From the human T2T-CHM13v2.0 reference genome, Homo sapiens, in NCBI RefSeq assembly GCF_009914755.1, contig NC_060925.1: 64,000 nucleotides of DNA. One strand, 5' to 3'. The position numbers and the translations under genes are program-made. The notes under the pieces were generated by a model. It saw only the letters and a list, made by a program, of their open reading frames with translations. It searched no databases and had not been told where the DNA came from. This document shows positions 58,801-64,000 of the stretch, one piece after another (positions within the stretch are counted from its first letter, which is position 1; every line of letters begins with the position of its first letter).

Positions 58801-61800
58801 GAAATGAATGGAATCGTCATAGAATGGAATTGAATGGATTCATTGGATGGAATCAGATGGAATCATCGAATGGACTGGAATGGAATCATTGAATGGACTC
58901 GAAAGGGATCATTATTGAATGGAATTGAATGGAATCATCGAATGGTCTCGATTGGAATAATTATCAAATGGAATCGAATGGAATCACCGAATAGAATCGA
59001 ATGGAACAATCATCGAATGGACTCAAATGGAATTATCCTCAAATGGAATCGAATGGAATTATCGAATGCAATAGAATGGAATTATCGAATGCAATCGAAT
59101 AGAATCATCGAATGGACTCGAATGGAATCATCGAATGGAATGGAATGGAACAGTCAATGAACTCGAATGGAATCATCATTGAATGGAATCGAATGGAATC
59201 ATCGAGTGGAATCGAATGGAATTATGATCAAATGGAATCGAATGTAATCATCATCAAATGGAATCAAAAATAACCATCATCAATTGGTATTGAATGGAAT
59301 TCTCATCAAATGGAATTCAAAGGAATCATCATCAAATGGAACCGAATGGAATCCTCATTGAATGCAAATGAAAGGGGTCATCATCTAATGGAATCGCATG
59401 GAATCATCATCAAATTGAATCGAATGGAATCATCATCAAATGGAATCTAATGGAATCATTGAACAGAATTGAATGGAATCGTCATCGAATGAATTGAATG
59501 CAATCATCGAATGGTCTCGAATGGAATCATCTTCTAATGGAAAGGAATGGAATCATCGCATAGAAACGAATGGAATTATCATCGAATGGAATCGAATGGT
59601 ATCAACACCAAACGGAAAAAAACGGAATTATCGAATGGAATCGAAGAGAATCTTCGAACGGACCCGAATGGAATCATCTAATGGAATGGAATGGAATAAT
59701 CCATGGACTCGAATGCAATAATCATCGAATGGAATCCAATGGAATCATCGAATGGACTCGAATGGAATAATCATTGAACGGAATCGAATGGAATCATCAT
59801 CGGATGGAAATGAATGGAATCATCATCGAATGGAATCGAATAGAATTATGGAATGAAATCCAGTGTGATCATCATCGAATGGACCCGAATGGAATCATCA
59901 TCCATCGGAAGCAAATGGAATCAACATCGAATGAATCGAATGGAAACACCATCGATTTGAAACGAATGGAATTATCATGAAATTGAATTGAATGGACTCA
60001 TCATCGAATGGATTCGAATGGAATCATCGAATAAAATTGATTGAAATCATCATCGAATGGAAACGAATGGTATCATTGAATGGAATCGAATGGAATCATC
60101 ATCAGATGGAAATGAAAGGAATCGTCATAGAATGGAATCGAATGGATTCATTGAATGGAATCAGATGGAATCATTGAATGGACTGGAATGGAATCATTGA
60201 ATGGACTCGAAAGGGATCATTATTGAATGGAATTGAATGGAATCATCGAATGGTCTCGATTGGAATCATTATCAAATGGAATCGAATGGAATCACCGAAT
60301 AGAATCGAATGGAACAATCATCGAATGGACTCAAATGGAATTATCCTCAAATGGAATTGAATGGAATTATCGAATGCAATCGAATGGAATTATCGAATGC
60401 AATCGAATAGAATCATCGAATGGACTCGAATGGAATCATCGAATGGAATGGAATGGAACAGTCAATGAACTCGAATGGAATCATCATTGAATGGAATCGA
60501 ATGGAATCATCGAGTGGAATCGAATGTAATCATCATCAAATGGAATCAAAAATAACCATCATCAAATGGAATCAAAAATAACAATCATCAATTGGTATTG
60601 AATGGAATTCTCATCAAATGGAATTCAAAGGAATCATCATCAAATGGAACCGAATGGAATCCTCATTGAATGGAAATGAAAGGGGTCATCATCTAATGGA
60701 ATCGCATGGAATCATCATCAAATGGAATCGAATGGAATCATCATCAAATGGAATCTAATGGAATCATTGAAAAGAATTGAATGGAATCGTCATCGAATGA
60801 ATTGAATGCAATCATCGAATGGTCTCGAATGGAATCATCTTCTAATGGAAAGGAATGGAATCATCGCATAGAATCGAATGGAATTAACATTGAATGGAAT
60901 CGAATGGAATCAACATCAAATGGAATCAAGCGGAATTATCGAATGAAATCGAAGAGAATCATCGAATGGACTCGAATGGAATCATCTAATGGAATGGAAT
61001 GGAATAATCCACGGACTCGAATGCAATCATCATCGTATAGAATCGAATGGAATCATCGAATGGACTCGAATGGAATAACCATTGAACGGAATCGAATGGA
61101 ATCATCATCGGATGGAAACGAATGGAATCATCATCGAATGGAAATGAAAGGAGTCATCATCTAATGGAATTGCATGGAATCATCATAAAATGGAATCGAA
61201 TGGAATCATCATCAAATGGAATCAAATGGAAGCATTGAACGGAATTGAATGGAATCGTCATCGAATGAATTGAATGCAATCATCGAATGGTCTCGAATGG
61301 AATCATCTTCAAATGGAATGGAATGGAATCATCGCATAGAATCGAATGGAATTATCATCGAATGGAATCGAATGGTATCAACATCAAACGGAAAAAAACG
61401 GAATTACCGAATGGAATCGAAGAGAATCTTCGAACGGACCCGAATGGAATCATCTAATGGAATGGAATGGAATAATCCATGGACTCGAATGCAATCATCA
61501 TCGAATGGAATCGAATGGAATCATTGAATGGACTCGAATGGAATAATCATTGAACGGAATCGAATGGAATCATCATCGGATGGAAATGAATGGAATCCTC
61601 ATCGAATGGAATCGAATAGAATTATGGAATGAAATCCAGTGTGATCATCATCGAATGGACCCGAATGGAATCATCATCCAACGGAAGCTAATGGAATCAA
61701 CATCGAATGAATCGAATGGAAACACCATCGAATTGAAACGAATGGAATTATCATGAAATTGAAATGGATGGACCCATCATCGAATGGATTCGAATGGAAT

Positions 61801-64000
61801 CATCGAATAAAATTGATTGAAATCATCATCAAATGGAATCGAATGGTGTCATTGAATGGGATCGAATGGAATCATCGTCAGATGGAAATGAATGGAATCG
61901 TCATAGAATGGAATCGAATGGATTCATTGAATGGAATCAGATGGAATCATCGAATGGACTGGAATGGAATCATTGAATGGACTCGAATGGAATCATTATT
62001 GAATGGAATTGAATGGAATCATCGAATGGTCTCGATTGGAATCATTATCAAATGGAATCGAATGGAATCACCGAATAGAATCGAATGGAACAATCATCGA
62101 ATGGACTCAAATGGAATTATCCTCAAATGGAATCGAATGGAATTATCGAATGCAATCGAATGGAATTATCGAATGCAATCGAATAGAATCATCGAATGGA
62201 CTCGAATGGAATCATCGAATGGAATGGAATGGAACAGTCAATGAACTCGAATGGAATCATCATTGAATGGAATCGAATGGAATCATCGAGTGGAATCGAA
62301 TGGAATTATGATCAAATGGAATCGAATGTAATCCTCATCAAATGGAATCAAAAATAACCATCATCAATTGGTATTGAATGGAATTGTCATCAAATGGAAT
62401 TCAAAGGAATCATCATCAAATGGAACCGAATGGAATCCTCATTGAATGGAAATGAAAGTGGTCATCATCTAATGGAATCGCATGGAATCATCATCAAATG
62501 GAATCGAGTGGAATCATCATCAAATGGAATCTAAGGGAATCATTGAACAGAATTGAATGGAATCCTCATCGAATGAATTGAATGCAATCATCGAATGGTC
62601 TCGAATGGAATCATCTTCAAATGGAAAGGAATGAAATCATCGCATAGAATCGAATGGAATTATCATCGAATGGAATCCAATGGTATCAACATCAAACGGA
62701 AAAAAACGGAATTATGGAATGGAATCGAAGAGAATCTTCGAACGGACCCGAATGGAATCATCTAATGGAATGGAATGGAATAATCCATGGACTCGAATGC
62801 AATCATGATCAAATGGAATCGAATGGAATCATCGAATGGACTCGAATGGAATAATCATTGAACGGAATCGAATGGAATCATCATCGGATGGAAACGAATG
62901 GAATCATCATCGAATGGAAATGAAAGGAGTCATCATCTAATGGAATTGCATGGAATCATCATAAAATGGAATCGAAGGGAATCAACATCAAATGGAATCA
63001 AATGGAATCATTGAACGGAATTGAATGGAATCGTCATCGAATGAATTGACTGCAATCATCGAATGGTCTCGAATGGAATCATCTTCAAATGGAATGGAAT
63101 GGAATCATCGCATAGAATCGAATGGAATTATCATCGAATGGATTCGAATGGAATCTACATCAAACGGAAAAAAACGGAATTATCGAATGGAATCGAAGGG
63201 AATCATCGAATGGACCCGAATGGAATCATCTAATGGAATGGAATGGAATAATCCATGGACTTGAATGCAATCATCATCGAATGGAATCGAATGGAATCAT
63301 CGAATGGACTCGAATGGAATAATCATTGAACGGAATCGAATGGAATCATCATCGGATGGAAATGAATGGAATCATCATCAAATGGAATCGAATAGAATTA
63401 TGGAATGAAATCCAGTGTGATCATCATCGAATGGACAAGAATGGAATCAGCATCCAACGGAAGCTAATGGAATCAACATCGAATGAATCAAATGGAAACA
63501 CCATCGAATTGAAACGAATGGAATTACCATGAAATTGAAATGGATGGACTCATCATCGAATGGATTCGAATGGAATCATCGAATAAAATTGATTGAAATC
63601 ATCATCGAATGGAATCGAATGGTATCATTGAATGGAATCGAATGGAATCATCATCAGATGGAAATGAATGGAATCGTCATAGAATGGAATCGAATGGATT
63701 CATTGAATGGAATCAGATGGAATCATCGAATGGACTGGAATGGAATCATTGAATGGACTCGAAAGGGATCATGATTGAATGGAATTGAATGGAATCATCG
63801 AATGGTCTCGATTGGAATCATTATCAAATGGAATCGAATGGAATCACCGAATAGAATCGAATGGAACAATCATCGAATGGACTCAAATGGAATTATCCTC
63901 AAATGGAATCGAATGGAATTATCGAATGCAATCGAATGGAATTATCGAATGCAATCGAATAGAATCATCGAATGGACTCGAATGGAATCATCGAATGGAG

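Larger units (their letters stand above)
1..64000. repeat. Human Satellite II (HSat2/HSATII) tandem array, most likely the ~1.8 kb-unit HSat2A (D1Z1-like, 1q12 pericentromeric heterochromatin)
   Basis: The entire window is diverged (GAATG)n with the HSat2-diagnostic word ATCATCGAATGGAATCGAATGG (reverse complement of CATTCGATTC) and abundant TCGA sites. A unique landmark (ATGAAATTGAAATGGATGGAC or a close variant) recurs 35 times from 214 to 63529 with modal spacing 1775-1776 bp. The family call is secure; subfamily and chromosome are inferred. Confidence 0.96.

Noticed and set aside
214-63774. Roughly 200 + strand ORFs of 60-170 aa (MESSSNELNAIIEW..., MKLKWMDSSS..., MELSSNGIEW...)
   Set aside because: These are translations of GAATG/GAATC/ATC repeats (MEWNGIES-type low complexity). 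They are open in overlapping frames, recur with the repeat period, and are freely broken by stops and frameshifts between copies. No domain is recognisable.
1-64000. CRISPR-like or other repeat-spacer system
   Set aside because: There are no unique spacers, since the sequence between recurring motifs is itself repeated. There are no cas-like or other genes, and the sequence is a recognisable eukaryotic satellite.
1-64000. Transposon insertion, strand inversion or non-satellite island
   Set aside because: None was seen on reading through. GAATG polarity is constant and there is no Alu/L1 sequence, poly(A) tail or target-site duplication. The longest A runs are the unit-internal CGGAAAAAAACGG.
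1-64000. HSat3 assignment
   Set aside because: Pure GGAAT runs reach only about 3-4 copies. The dominant ATCATCGAATGGAATCGAATGG word is characteristic of HSat2.

Overview
The whole 64 kb window is one uninterrupted, single-orientation classical satellite array: human (or great-ape) Satellite II, with GAATG/GAATC/ATC words on the + strand and CATTC/GATTC on the - strand. The ~1.77 kb unit with one conserved EcoRI site matches the HSat2A/D1Z1 (pUC1.77) type of 1q12; that chromosome assignment is inferred from prior knowledge, not from a search. I found no credible genes, RNA genes, transposon insertions, inversions or CRISPR arrays, and all listed ORFs are translations of the pentamer repeat. 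I found no new protein-coding system; what is interesting here is the array architecture. Units follow a rule of an 840 bp core plus n x 468 bp modules (n=1-4; 1308/1776/2244/2712 bp). There is also a spreading 147 bp-duplication variant (1923 bp), a young 3699 bp higher-order repeat in three copies, non-adjacent mosaic duplications, homology-mediated deletions, and a length-neutral 26 bp register-shift variant. Spacings come from ORF-track landmarks and reading by eye, so block boundaries are approximate.
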